Source of the DNA: Desulfomonilia bacterium | GTDB lineage: Bacteria; Desulfobacterota; Desulfomonilia; UBA1062 | DNA length: 64,000 bases | NCBI GenBank assembly: GCA_050014195.1 | Contig: JBEKDT010000008.1 | Coordinates: 96,001-160,000, forward strand | Reading direction: 5' to 3' | Part shown: piece after piece, positions 19,932 through 28,533 of the stretch | Layout of the letters: each line of letters opens with the position of its first letter | Position numbering within the stretch: position 1 is the first letter of the stretch | Position numbers and translations under genes: made by a program | The notes under the pieces: generated by a model | Databases searched by the model: none | What the model was told of the DNA's origin: nothing | What the model saw: the letters and a program-made list of their open reading frames with translations, nothing else

Positions 19932-20562
19932 AATCATCCGCAACAACGACAAAAAAGATTGTACGGTTACCCCCTATTGTATCAAGGAAATGCAGGACAA
20001 GGGCGGACTCAAGGATGTGCAGATGCAGGCCGACGCTATCCTGAAGAAGGCCGGCGCAGAAAAAGAGGCCATTGAGATGGAGGCCTATCGCAAAGGCCTT
20101 GAACAGGGCCAAGCCCAGGGACAGAAGATGGCGGCCAAGAAGATCGAACCCCTCATCCAGGCGGTTTCAAATGCCATTGAAGAGCTCAAAAAGATGAGGC
20201 AGCTTATCATCGAGAAGCACCAGGACCAGCTTCTTGAGATACTCATACTGATGGCGGAGAAGGTTATCCATCGGGAAATCCACCTCTCTCCGGACATCAT
20301 CTTGGATACTATCAGACAAGCCTGCACTCATCTCACCGAGACCGAAGAGATCCGCATGAGGATCCACCCTTCCGACTTTGAATATATCCGCGACATCGAG
20401 CGGATACTCTCGACACATCTCACAGGCAAGAAAAATGTCCACTTTGTCGAGGACGGAGCCATTGATCGCGGTGGAATCATTATCGACACGGAATTCGGCG
20501 AGATCGACGCGAGTATCCGGTCGCAGATTGATCATATGAGAGAGGTCCTGCTGGAAAAATGA
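19918..20562 (+). CDS. fliH: Flagellar assembly protein FliH
   Basis: AYRKGLEQGQAQG glycine repeats, IDRGGIIIDTEFGEIDASI. Confidence 0.9.
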   Translation: MSSSRIIRNNDKKDCTVTPYCIKEMQDKGGLKDVQMQADAILKKAGAEKEAIEMEAYRKGLEQGQAQGQKMAAKKIEPLIQAVSNAIEELKKMRQLIIEKHQDQLLEILILMAEKVIHREIHLSPDIILDTIRQACTHLTETEEIRMRIHPSDFEYIRDIERILSTHLTGKKNVHFVEDGAIDRGGIIIDTEFGEIDASIRSQIDHMREVLLEK

Positions 20563-21890
20563 CGGGGCTTAAGAGACATATCCTTGCCTTACGTGAGACT
20601 GATCCCATCCAGGTCAGAGGCAAGGTGACCAACATCGTGGGCCTTGTAGTGGAGGGTCACGGCCCGGGCAGCGCCATGGGCGGGATGTGCGAGATCTACT
20701 CCAAGGCCAGGAAAAACTCCATCATGGCAGAGGTGGTGGGCTTTCGTGACAAACGTGTGCTTTTAATGCCGCTGGGCGACCTGAGCGGGATAGGCCCGGG
20801 CAGCGTAATTATTGCCAGAAAATCGCAACCAGTAGTCAAGGTCGGCAATGACTTGCTCGGCAGGGTCATCGACGGCATGGGTGAGCCGTTGGATAGCAAG
20901 GGCCCACTCGTCCTCGATCATGAGATGCCTTTGTATGGAAACCCTTATAATCCCCTGAGGAAGAGGAGAATCAAGGAGTCGCTCGATCTTGGAATCAAGG
21001 CTATCAACGGCATCCTGACCGTAGGAAAGGGCCAGCGCATGGCCATTATGGCAGGCTCCGGCGTAGGTAAGAGCGTCCTCTTGGGCATGATTGCCCGCCA
21101 CACCAAGGCGGATGTGAACGTGATCGCACTCATCGGTGAAAGGGGAAGAGAAGTAAAGGAGTTCTTGGAAAGGGATTTGGGCGAAGAAGGGCTCAAGCGC
21201 TCCATAGTGGTAACCGCCATCTCGGACCAGCCTTCGCTCATCCGTATCAGGGGGGCTTATCTCGCCACTACCATTGCCGAATTCTTCAGGGACCAGGGCC
21301 TGGACGTTCTCCTTATGATGGACTCCATTACACGCTTCGCCATGTCCATGAGGGAGATCGGCCTGGCCGTCGGCGAGCCGCCCACTACCAAGGGATATAC
21401 CCCTTCCTGCTTCGCCAAGATGCCCAAGCTCTTGGAGCGGGTCGGGAACACCTCGTCCAAAGGGAGTATAACCGGATTATACACGGTGCTCGTCGAGGGT
21501 GATGACCTCACGGAGCCCGTAGCCGATGCCGTCCGCTCCATTGTGGACGGGCACATCGTACTCTCCCGCGATCTTGCAACCAGAGGCCACTACCCCGCCG
21601 TCGATATCCTCCGCAGCGTGAGCAGGGTCATGAGCGACATTGTAGCAGAAAAACACCTGAAGACGGCCCGAACCATCCAGTCCATTGCTGCAGTGTATGA
21701 AGAGGCAAAAGACCTCATCAATATTGGGGCCTATGTTGCAGGGAACAATCCTGAGATCGACAATGCGATCCACCACATCGATACCATCAATAATTTTCTA
21801 AAGCAGGACATCAATGAAAAGGCCACCATCGAACAGGCTGTAACCCAGATGAGTGCCATCGTGGACTCAAGGCATAAAGGGAATGCATAA
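20559..21890 (+). CDS. fliI: Flagellar export ATPase FliI
   Basis: AGSGVGKS, IGERGREV, DSITRFA, GEPPTTKGY, DGHIVLSR. Confidence 0.97.
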   Translation: MTGLKRHILALRETDPIQVRGKVTNIVGLVVEGHGPGSAMGGMCEIYSKARKNSIMAEVVGFRDKRVLLMPLGDLSGIGPGSVIIARKSQPVVKVGNDLLGRVIDGMGEPLDSKGPLVLDHEMPLYGNPYNPLRKRRIKESLDLGIKAINGILTVGKGQRMAIMAGSGVGKSVLLGMIARHTKADVNVIALIGERGREVKEFLERDLGEEGLKRSIVVTAISDQPSLIRIRGAYLATTIAEFFRDQGLDVLLMMDSITRFAMSMREIGLAVGEPPTTKGYTPSCFAKMPKLLERVGNTSSKGSITGLYTVLVEGDDLTEPVADAVRSIVDGHIVLSRDLATRGHYPAVDILRSVSRVMSDIVAEKHLKTARTIQSIAAVYEEAKDLINIGAYVAGNNPEIDNAIHHIDTINNFLKQDINEKATIEQAVTQMSAIVDSRHKGNA

Positions 21891-22331
21891 ATGGCCTTCA
21901 AGTTTAAGTTCGCAACATTGCTGAATGTGAGGAAGATACAGGAGAACATAGCCCTGCAGGCTTTCTCCCAGGCTCAGAGGTACTTAAGTTCGCTTAAGGC
22001 CATGAGGGAGCAGGTCTTAGCCAGAAGAGACATCCTCAGGGTAGAGCTCATGACCAGGATGAAACAGGGCTTAAGTGCCACGGAAGTCAAGATCTACTAT
22101 GACTACATTTCCCATCTGGAGCAAACCATAGAGCGTATTAATGAGAATATTAAGATCGCAGGGCAGCAGGTGGAAGAGAAGAGAAAAGAGCTATTAAAGG
22201 CCAAACGGGCCTCTACGGTCATCACAAGACTCAAGGAGATCCATCAGGCCAGGTTCGATGAGTCCGAGAGGAAGAAAGATATGGTCTTCCTCGATGAAAT
22301 CGCGATCCTTAAGGCTGGAGGTGAGAGATGA
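21891..22331 (+). CDS. fliJ: Flagellar export protein FliJ
   Basis: FKFKFATLLNVR start, coiled coil, LDE near C-terminus; follows fliI. Confidence 0.9.
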   Translation: MAFKFKFATLLNVRKIQENIALQAFSQAQRYLSSLKAMREQVLARRDILRVELMTRMKQGLSATEVKIYYDYISHLEQTIERINENIKIAGQQVEEKRKELLKAKRASTVITRLKEIHQARFDESERKKDMVFLDEIAILKAGGER

Positions 22332-22900
22332 AGGCAAAGATACTGCTGGGATTGGTGTTCATCAATCTTGTATTTATAGGCATCTACCTGGCGGTAAAAC
22401 CCACGCCGGTACAGGCAGGGAACCCTACAGCGAATAACCAGACGACCGTCAAAACCGAGCAGCAGCAACCGGCCCCTTCTCCCATAAGCCTTTCGCCTAC
22501 GGATCAGCTTGAGATCCTCAGGCAGAAGGAAGAGAGGCTCAAGGCCCGTGAAATGGAGCTCAAGGAGCTTGAGACGGAGGTCGAGGAGAAGATCAAGAAG
22601 CTGGAGACGATTGAATCCTCCATTAAAAATGACCTTGCCTCTTATAAAGTGGAGAGTAACGATCGAATCAAGCAACTCGTCAAGATCTATTCCTCCATGA
22701 AGCCGAATGCTGCAGCGAACCTGATGAATAACATCGATACGGATGTGGCTGTCCAGGTATTTATCGGAATGAAAGGAGACATTGCGGGCAGCATACTGTC
22801 CTACATGGAACCCGTAAAGGCCGCCGGTATCACACAGAGACTGGTTTACTACCGTGGAAGTAATACCACATCGACCGAGACGGCACCTGCCGAGAAATAA
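22328..22900 (+). CDS. MotE/FlbB-like flagellar protein (MgtE N-terminal-like domain)
   Basis: N-terminal TM helix, coiled coil, LVKIYSSMKPNAAA and ILSYMEPVKAA motifs. Confidence 0.8.
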   Translation: MKAKILLGLVFINLVFIGIYLAVKPTPVQAGNPTANNQTTVKTEQQQPAPSPISLSPTDQLEILRQKEERLKAREMELKELETEVEEKIKKLETIESSIKNDLASYKVESNDRIKQLVKIYSSMKPNAAANLMNNIDTDVAVQVFIGMKGDIAGSILSYMEPVKAAGITQRLVYYRGSNTTSTETAPAEK

Positions 22901-22996
22901 GCAGAGGATGCAGTGAAACAAACTGTGTACCGGATAAGGAGAAAAGTTGCATGCAGGAGCGGTTTTTCGTCGTGTCCGGAGATGACGAATACTACC

Positions 22997-24730
22997 TTAC
23001 TGTGATGCTCGGGCAACCGAATGGAGTGTCGTCCTGTTTTCCTGGTCACGGAAGAGCTCTTCCCTGATCCTGCGGAATTCATCCTCATTCTTGAGAAATG
23101 CATCCACGATATCAGGGGCGAAGTGGGTGCCACTGCTTTCCACGATAATCTCTTTGGCAGCCTGATGTGAATACGCTTCTTTATAGACTCTCTTGGAGGT
23201 CAAGGCGTCATACACATCCGCCAAAGCCACAATCCGGGCGGACAGAGGGATCTGATCTCCCTTGAGACCTCGAGGATATCCTGTTCCATCCCACTTCTCA
23301 TGGTGGTAATAGGCGATTTCCTTTCCCAAGGTAAGGAAGGACTGTCCTTCGATCTTGGTTTCCACCTCTCTGAGGGCATCACCTCCCAGGGCAGAGTGGC
23401 GTTTGATGATATCGAACTCATCGGGGGTGAGCTTACCCGGCTTCAGGAGAATTGCGTCGGGGACTCCGACCTTCCCGATATCGTGGAGAATGGATGAATT
23501 ATAGATGTCGTCAATGTATTCAGGGGTAATATACCCGGCATAATCAGATCCTTTAGCAAGATCTTCAGCTAATATTTTACTATACTCACGGATCCTCTCA
23601 AGATGCGCCCCGGTGTCTGCATCTCGATACTCGGCGAGTTTTGCAAGCCCAAGGATCGTGGCATTGCGGGCGCTTTGGACCTTTTTATAGGATTCAAACA
23701 GGTCATGTTCGAGCTTCTTCCGGACCGTAATATCCCGGATCACGAGTTGGAAGCCAACGATCTGGTAATCCTTCATGATGCACTTGGCATTGCACTCCAC
23801 CTCATAGACCTTACCCCTCTTGTTGACGATCTTGAACTGGATATCCTTGACCATCTGCTCCACAGGCAGCCTGATGATCATCCGCTCCACAAGGGTCACG
23901 TCCGAAGGATGAACAAGGTTCAAGAATCTGATGTCGGCATTCTCTTCTGGGGCACCTACGATCTCATAATATTTAGGATTGCCCATGAGAATCTTGGAAT
24001 CTCTGTCTACTAAAAGTACAATGTCAATGATGTTCTCATAAAGTTCACGGTATCTGAGTTCGGATTCCTTGAGTTGATTCATCCTCTTTTCAACCTCTGA
24101 TTCGAGGTTGTGGGCATAGAAGGAAAGTTTTTCTGCTAAGGAATCCATTTCCGACTTGAGCTTGACTCCCCGTATACGTGACCGGGTATCCTCAAAGCAT
24201 TTAAGGATCACTATCACGATGAAAAAGGCGAAGAAGAAGCTGTTGCTGAAGAATATATTGGTGTTTTCAGGGGTCGCATGAGATAAAAGCACAATAGGCA
24301 CTGCATAAACGATATAGAGTACTACCCCCATAATGGCTGCCTGCATGGCATCAAGGGGTAGAATGACCGTCACCGCCACCAGTACCATCACCACGCCTAC
24401 ATAATAGAAGGAATCATATCCGCCCATGTGCACGCACATGAGGGTGATGGTCAGCCCCGATACAAGATAGGCTATTATTGATATAGGATAAGCGAATTTC
24501 CTCCCATAATTGGAGAAATAAATCCCAAGAAAAACACTTAAGATAGCTGCACATCCGATTCTATATAAGAAGAACCGGGCGAGGTGCTGGCGTACCACTA
24601 CATAGTCGAGAATGGAAAACAGAGGGATCAGAACTATCCCAATGAGGAGGATGGCAAGCACCCTCTGATAGTACAATTCCCGCGTCTCTTCAAGGAATCG
24701 CCCGTACCATGGTTCTTTTATTGAAGACAT
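22997..24730 (-). CDS. Membrane sensor-PAS-HD-GYP c-di-GMP phosphodiesterase
   Basis: About 6 N-terminal TM segments; PAS (RYRELYEN...VHPSD...RDITVRK); DTGAHLER, HDIGK, HHEKWDGTGYP, ADVYDALTS. Confidence 0.92.
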   Translation of the reverse strand: MSSIKEPWYGRFLEETRELYYQRVLAILLIGIVLIPLFSILDYVVVRQHLARFFLYRIGCAAILSVFLGIYFSNYGRKFAYPISIIAYLVSGLTITLMCVHMGGYDSFYYVGVVMVLVAVTVILPLDAMQAAIMGVVLYIVYAVPIVLLSHATPENTNIFFSNSFFFAFFIVIVILKCFEDTRSRIRGVKLKSEMDSLAEKLSFYAHNLESEVEKRMNQLKESELRYRELYENIIDIVLLVDRDSKILMGNPKYYEIVGAPEENADIRFLNLVHPSDVTLVERMIIRLPVEQMVKDIQFKIVNKRGKVYEVECNAKCIMKDYQIVGFQLVIRDITVRKKLEHDLFESYKKVQSARNATILGLAKLAEYRDADTGAHLERIREYSKILAEDLAKGSDYAGYITPEYIDDIYNSSILHDIGKVGVPDAILLKPGKLTPDEFDIIKRHSALGGDALREVETKIEGQSFLTLGKEIAYYHHEKWDGTGYPRGLKGDQIPLSARIVALADVYDALTSKRVYKEAYSHQAAKEIIVESSGTHFAPDIVDAFLKNEDEFRRIREELFRDQENRTTLHSVARASQ

Positions 24731-24741
24731 ATCATTTCATT

Positions 24742-24768
24742 CTATCGGCAAATGATTGAGAAAATTAA
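24742..24768 (-). promoter_or_regulatory. Putative sigma28 (FliA) promoter for the HD-GYP gene
   Basis: Minus strand TTAA-N15-GCCGATAG versus consensus TAAA-N15-GCCGATAA; ends 11 nt before the ATG. Confidence 0.65.
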
Positions 24769-24792
24769 AATGAAATACCCGTTTATTTCATA

Positions 24793-25695
24793 TTAGAAAA
24801 GCTTAAGCACGTCATCAAAGGGCCTGGGTGAATCAAAATCAGGGTTATAGAGGGAAGGTGCCTCCATATCCTGGGCATAGATAGTCTCAAATCCCAGCGT
24901 GAAGGCCCTCTCAATCACCACCTGGTATTCGTCGGGGGTGATATGACGTTTCATCTCCTCAATATTCCCGATATAATATTGGGGATTATACTGTGACATG
25001 ATGCTCAGCGGTATCTCCAATGAGAGCTCTGCGAGGAACTCGATCACGGAAAACGGATTGGAGAGCATCGACGGCAGAACGAGATGCCGCACAATAAGGC
25101 CGCATATCGCCTTGCCTTCACAGTCGAGCTCGAGGGGACCTGTTGTTTCCCAGATATAGGTTATGGCCTGTCTTGCCATGTCCCAGTAGTCGTCAACCCC
25201 GCTTAAGGTCTTACCTATTGCATTATCCCCGTATTTGAGGTCCATGAGATAGATCTGTGCATTGCCTTTCCAGCGCTCCAGGCATTCTCGCGATTCATAG
25301 CCGCTTGAATTCATGAGGATAGGTATATTCAATCCCAATATGCGGGCTGATTCGATAGCAGCAAGCACAGAAGGTGTATAGTGGGTGGGGCTTACCAGAT
25401 TGATATTGGTGCATCCGGCATCCTCCAATTTAAGCATGGCATCTGCAAGCCTGTCGGGAGTGATGGGCCTACCCTTTAAGAACCGGCTTATCTGTTTGTT
25501 CTGGCAATAGCTGCACCGCAAAGGGCAACCGCAGAAGAATATGGCACCCGAACCTGAGCCCGTCACGAGAGGAGGCTCTTCACCTCTGTGAACGACCACG
25601 GCACCGACAAGAATCTCCTCACCTACCCTGCAGGCGCCTACACCCTTTGAACGGTCTATCCCGCACTGCCTGGGGCAGAGGGTACAATCCCTCAT
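24793..25695 (-). CDS. Radical SAM protein, PflX-like
   Basis: CTLCPRQC N-terminus, HRGEEPPL, CPLRCSYCQN (CxxxCxxC), LIVRHLVLP. Confidence 0.9.
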   Translation of the reverse strand: MRDCTLCPRQCGIDRSKGVGACRVGEEILVGAVVVHRGEEPPLVTGSGSGAIFFCGCPLRCSYCQNKQISRFLKGRPITPDRLADAMLKLEDAGCTNINLVSPTHYTPSVLAAIESARILGLNIPILMNSSGYESRECLERWKGNAQIYLMDLKYGDNAIGKTLSGVDDYWDMARQAITYIWETTGPLELDCEGKAICGLIVRHLVLPSMLSNPFSVIEFLAELSLEIPLSIMSQYNPQYYIGNIEEMKRHITPDEYQVVIERAFTLGFETIYAQDMEAPSLYNPDFDSPRPFDDVLKLF

Positions 25696-27182
25696 GATGC
25701 CCCTTTGAGATTCTCCAAGACAACCTTACCCTTTTCATCTCTTAAGATCTCGGGTACGAATTCCACCTTTCTGGGTGTTTTAAAAGGGGCAAGTTGTTTG
25801 CGTGCAAACTTCTTTATTTCGTCTTCTGTCAGATTCTCATCATCGCGTACCACGAAGGCCTTGATGATGGCACCTCTCATGAGGTCCGGTTCTCCGATGA
25901 TGGCGGAATCGCGTATACCGTCCATGGAATTGAGTACATTTACTACCTCACGGGAATAGACATTGAACCCTGAGGTGATCACCATGTCTTTCTTATATCC
26001 GGTGATGTAGATGAAGCCGTCTTCATCCATATATCCGAGGTCTCCGGTGTGGAGCCACCCGTCCGTGATGATGTCTTTTGTCTCCTGTTCATGATTGTAG
26101 TAGCCCTTCATGATGTTGGGCCCCTTAAAAAGGAGCTCCCCAGTCTCACCTGGTTTCAGGATATTCCCTGCATCGCCTTCAACCCTGCACGAAACGCCGG
26201 GCACGGTGGTGCCGATTGATGAAGGCTTTATGGGGAGGTGCTTCTGATTCACCGCGCAGACCGGAGATGCTTCGGTGATGCCGTAGCCCTGACGTATATC
26301 CGCATGAAACCGTTCCTTAAAGGAATTGTAGACCTCAATGGGCAGGGCTGATCCCCCGGCAATGAGCGTCTTCATGTGCGTATAGTCGATATCCGCCAGA
26401 TCAGGGTGATGTACCAGACCATAGAACAACGTAGGTACCGCACAAACCGCAGTGATGCCGCAATCGGTAAGGGCGTGGTGAAGCTCCCTGAAATCGAGTT
26501 TCTTCATCAGATAGATGGTGCCGCCGCATCGAAGCATGGAGAGCATGTTCACACTGGCGCTGAAGGAATGGAAACAGGGTATGACGGTAAGCGTGCTGTC
26601 GGTGTGGTCGATTTCCATGCATTTGGGCATCAACCCGGAGTTATGGTCGAGATTACCCTGGGTGAGCATGGCTCCCATGGGGTAGCCGGTGAGTCCTGAG
26701 GAGTAGATCATAACCGCTACGTCGTCTCTGTCCCTGTCCTCGATAATGCCGCTGCCGGTTCCTGAAACCCACTGGGAGAAGGTGCCGTCCTTGCCTACCG
26801 TTATGACGAATTCCTGCGGGCATTCCTGGGCGATTGTCTCATAGGTATCCCTGCTGTCGTGCTCGATGACTAGTGCCCTTGAGCCTGAATCGGTAAGGAT
26901 ATGCTTGAGCTCCCGTGAGGTGTAGGAAGGATTTACCGGTGTTACCACGGCGCCGATGCCGATGACGGCCATATAAGTGATGATAAATTCAGGCATATTG
27001 GGTAACATGAGGGTGACATGGTCGTCCCTTTTGATGCCGGCCTTCTTAAGCGAACTCCCAAGGGAATCGGTAAGTCTGTAGAGATCCGAAAAGGTGATCT
27101 CTCTGTCCCTAGACCTGATGGCCGTTTTAGCTGGCCTTTCCTGTGCATGAGTTTGCAGCCACGAATAGAGATTCATACCCAT
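25692..27182 (-). CDS. AMP-binding enzyme, long-chain acyl-CoA ligase-like, with atypical motifs
   Basis: YSSGLTGYPMG, QGYGITE, WLHTGDLG, KGKV. Confidence 0.88.
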   Translation of the reverse strand: MGMNLYSWLQTHAQERPAKTAIRSRDREITFSDLYRLTDSLGSSLKKAGIKRDDHVTLMLPNMPEFIITYMAVIGIGAVVTPVNPSYTSRELKHILTDSGSRALVIEHDSRDTYETIAQECPQEFVITVGKDGTFSQWVSGTGSGIIEDRDRDDVAVMIYSSGLTGYPMGAMLTQGNLDHNSGLMPKCMEIDHTDSTLTVIPCFHSFSASVNMLSMLRCGGTIYLMKKLDFRELHHALTDCGITAVCAVPTLFYGLVHHPDLADIDYTHMKTLIAGGSALPIEVYNSFKERFHADIRQGYGITEASPVCAVNQKHLPIKPSSIGTTVPGVSCRVEGDAGNILKPGETGELLFKGPNIMKGYYNHEQETKDIITDGWLHTGDLGYMDEDGFIYITGYKKDMVITSGFNVYSREVVNVLNSMDGIRDSAIIGEPDLMRGAIIKAFVVRDDENLTEDEIKKFARKQLAPFKTPRKVEFVPEILRDEKGKVVLENLKGAS

Positions 27183-27291
27183 CCGTATAACGTAAATATA
27201 CAGAATTTGGAATATTGAAGTATGATGAAAGATTCTCTCTTCAACACCCTTAAGTTTAATTCCAATGTACAGGATTCGTCAGTACATTTTA

Positions 27292-27900
27292 TCAAGTCAT
27301 TTTGACGATGATATCGCTGATGATGTTGGCCGCCTCATCACCTCTGTCGGCGGCGTTGCTCAAATGCCGGTAGATCTCACGCATCTTGAGCATATAGACC
27401 GGGTCGTTCCCTTCAAAAAGGTCACCCAGTGCCGAGCGGTACTCCTTTTCCATCTTATTCTCGCATGCCTTGGCCTCTTTGGCATGATCCATGGCGACAT
27501 TCGGATAGTACTGAAGATTTTTCAGTGCTGCAATCAATTCCTTGCATTCTTTTTTAAGAATCTCCGTCATGGCCCTGATATGATCATCAGCCTTGACCTT
27601 GTAGATCTGCATCTCATATACCGTGGTGCAGGCATAGTCCATGACATCGTCAATGGCCCTGGATAATGAGAAGATGTCTTCCCTGTCAATGGGGGTGATG
27701 AAGGTCTGATTGAGGTGATCAATAATGATCCTCCTCAAGTCATCAGCCTCCATCTCGACGTCTTTGACATGCTCGGCATTTTCCTTGGTGCTGTCCGATA
27801 CGAACACGCACAGTGCGCCCAAGCCCTCCAGGGTCTTTCTGCCCTGATCGTGGAGAAGCTCAAAGAAGTTTTCATTCGGTTTGTTTTTTCTCCACCACAT
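27292..27900 (-). CDS. DUF47 family protein (PhoU-like phosphate transport regulator)
   Basis: LNQTFITPIDREDIFSLSRAIDDVMD, REIYRHLSNAADR. Confidence 0.9.
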   Translation of the reverse strand: MWWRKNKPNENFFELLHDQGRKTLEGLGALCVFVSDSTKENAEHVKDVEMEADDLRRIIIDHLNQTFITPIDREDIFSLSRAIDDVMDYACTTVYEMQIYKVKADDHIRAMTEILKKECKELIAALKNLQYYPNVAMDHAKEAKACENKMEKEYRSALGDLFEGNDPVYMLKMREIYRHLSNAADRGDEAANIISDIIVKMT

Positions 27901-28021
27901 GCACGGATCCTCTCATGTCATCCTATCATATATTCTCTCGGGTAATTTCGGAAAATAAATTAATTGAGGTTCATCACAGCAAAGCATACTCGATCATTGA
28001 GGAGCACGAAGATGGATACCA

Positions 28022-28133
28022 CACCACGAAGAGCACGAAGAAATGAATCCTCTTGAATCTCTGACTAGGGGGAGAGTAATCCAAAAAATGTCCATTCTGA
28101 TTTTCTATTGTTTTCTTCGTGTCCTTCATGGTG
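28022..28133. repeat. Imperfect 22-bp inverted repeat (CACCACGAAGAGCACGAAG type)
   Basis: caccacgaagagcacgaagaaa (28022-28043) versus tttcttcgtgtccttcatggtg (28112-28133), 19/22 complementary; extra GAGCACGAAG at 28002-28011. Confidence 0.7.
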
Positions 28134-28209
28134 AGAACAATGGAGTTGTAAAATGATGCAAACCGTAAAAGTATGCTTCACAGAGAAGAACCTTGCTTCA
28201 ACAACATCA

Positions 28210-28470
28210 TCAGCCAGGCGTGCGGACATTCATGCAGAATCTATAACAGTCAAAGTCTTCCCCGCTGTCCTCCTGGAAAAAACGGTTTGTCCTGCAATAT
28301 ACTTCGAGTTCATGAATATCCTGGTTGATGCAGATGCTGCAGAATGACTCCATGGTGAGCACAGGATCGATTTTAAGCTCATACTTACGATACTTGGGGC
28401 ATGGCATACAGTCTTCAATCCGGCCCGTCCTGAGTCTGCACCAGTTGCAGTGTATTTTCCGGAAATCCAT
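28210..28470 (-). CDS. Possible small Cys-rich protein
   Basis: 86 aa from ATG 28470; CNWC, CMPC, CSIC plus three further Cys; no clear RBS. Confidence 0.4.
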   Translation of the reverse strand: MDFRKIHCNWCRLRTGRIEDCMPCPKYRKYELKIDPVLTMESFCSICINQDIHELEVYCRTNRFFQEDSGEDFDCYRFCMNVRTPG

Positions 28471-28533
28471 ACAAGACTTAAATACCTTGTTGGTTACAGA
28501 AAGGGCAAGGGGCATACGTGAATAAATGATAAG

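Noticed and set aside
22966-22989. Hairpin between the convergent MotE-like and HD-GYP genes as an intrinsic terminator
   Set aside because: No downstream U-tract on either strand
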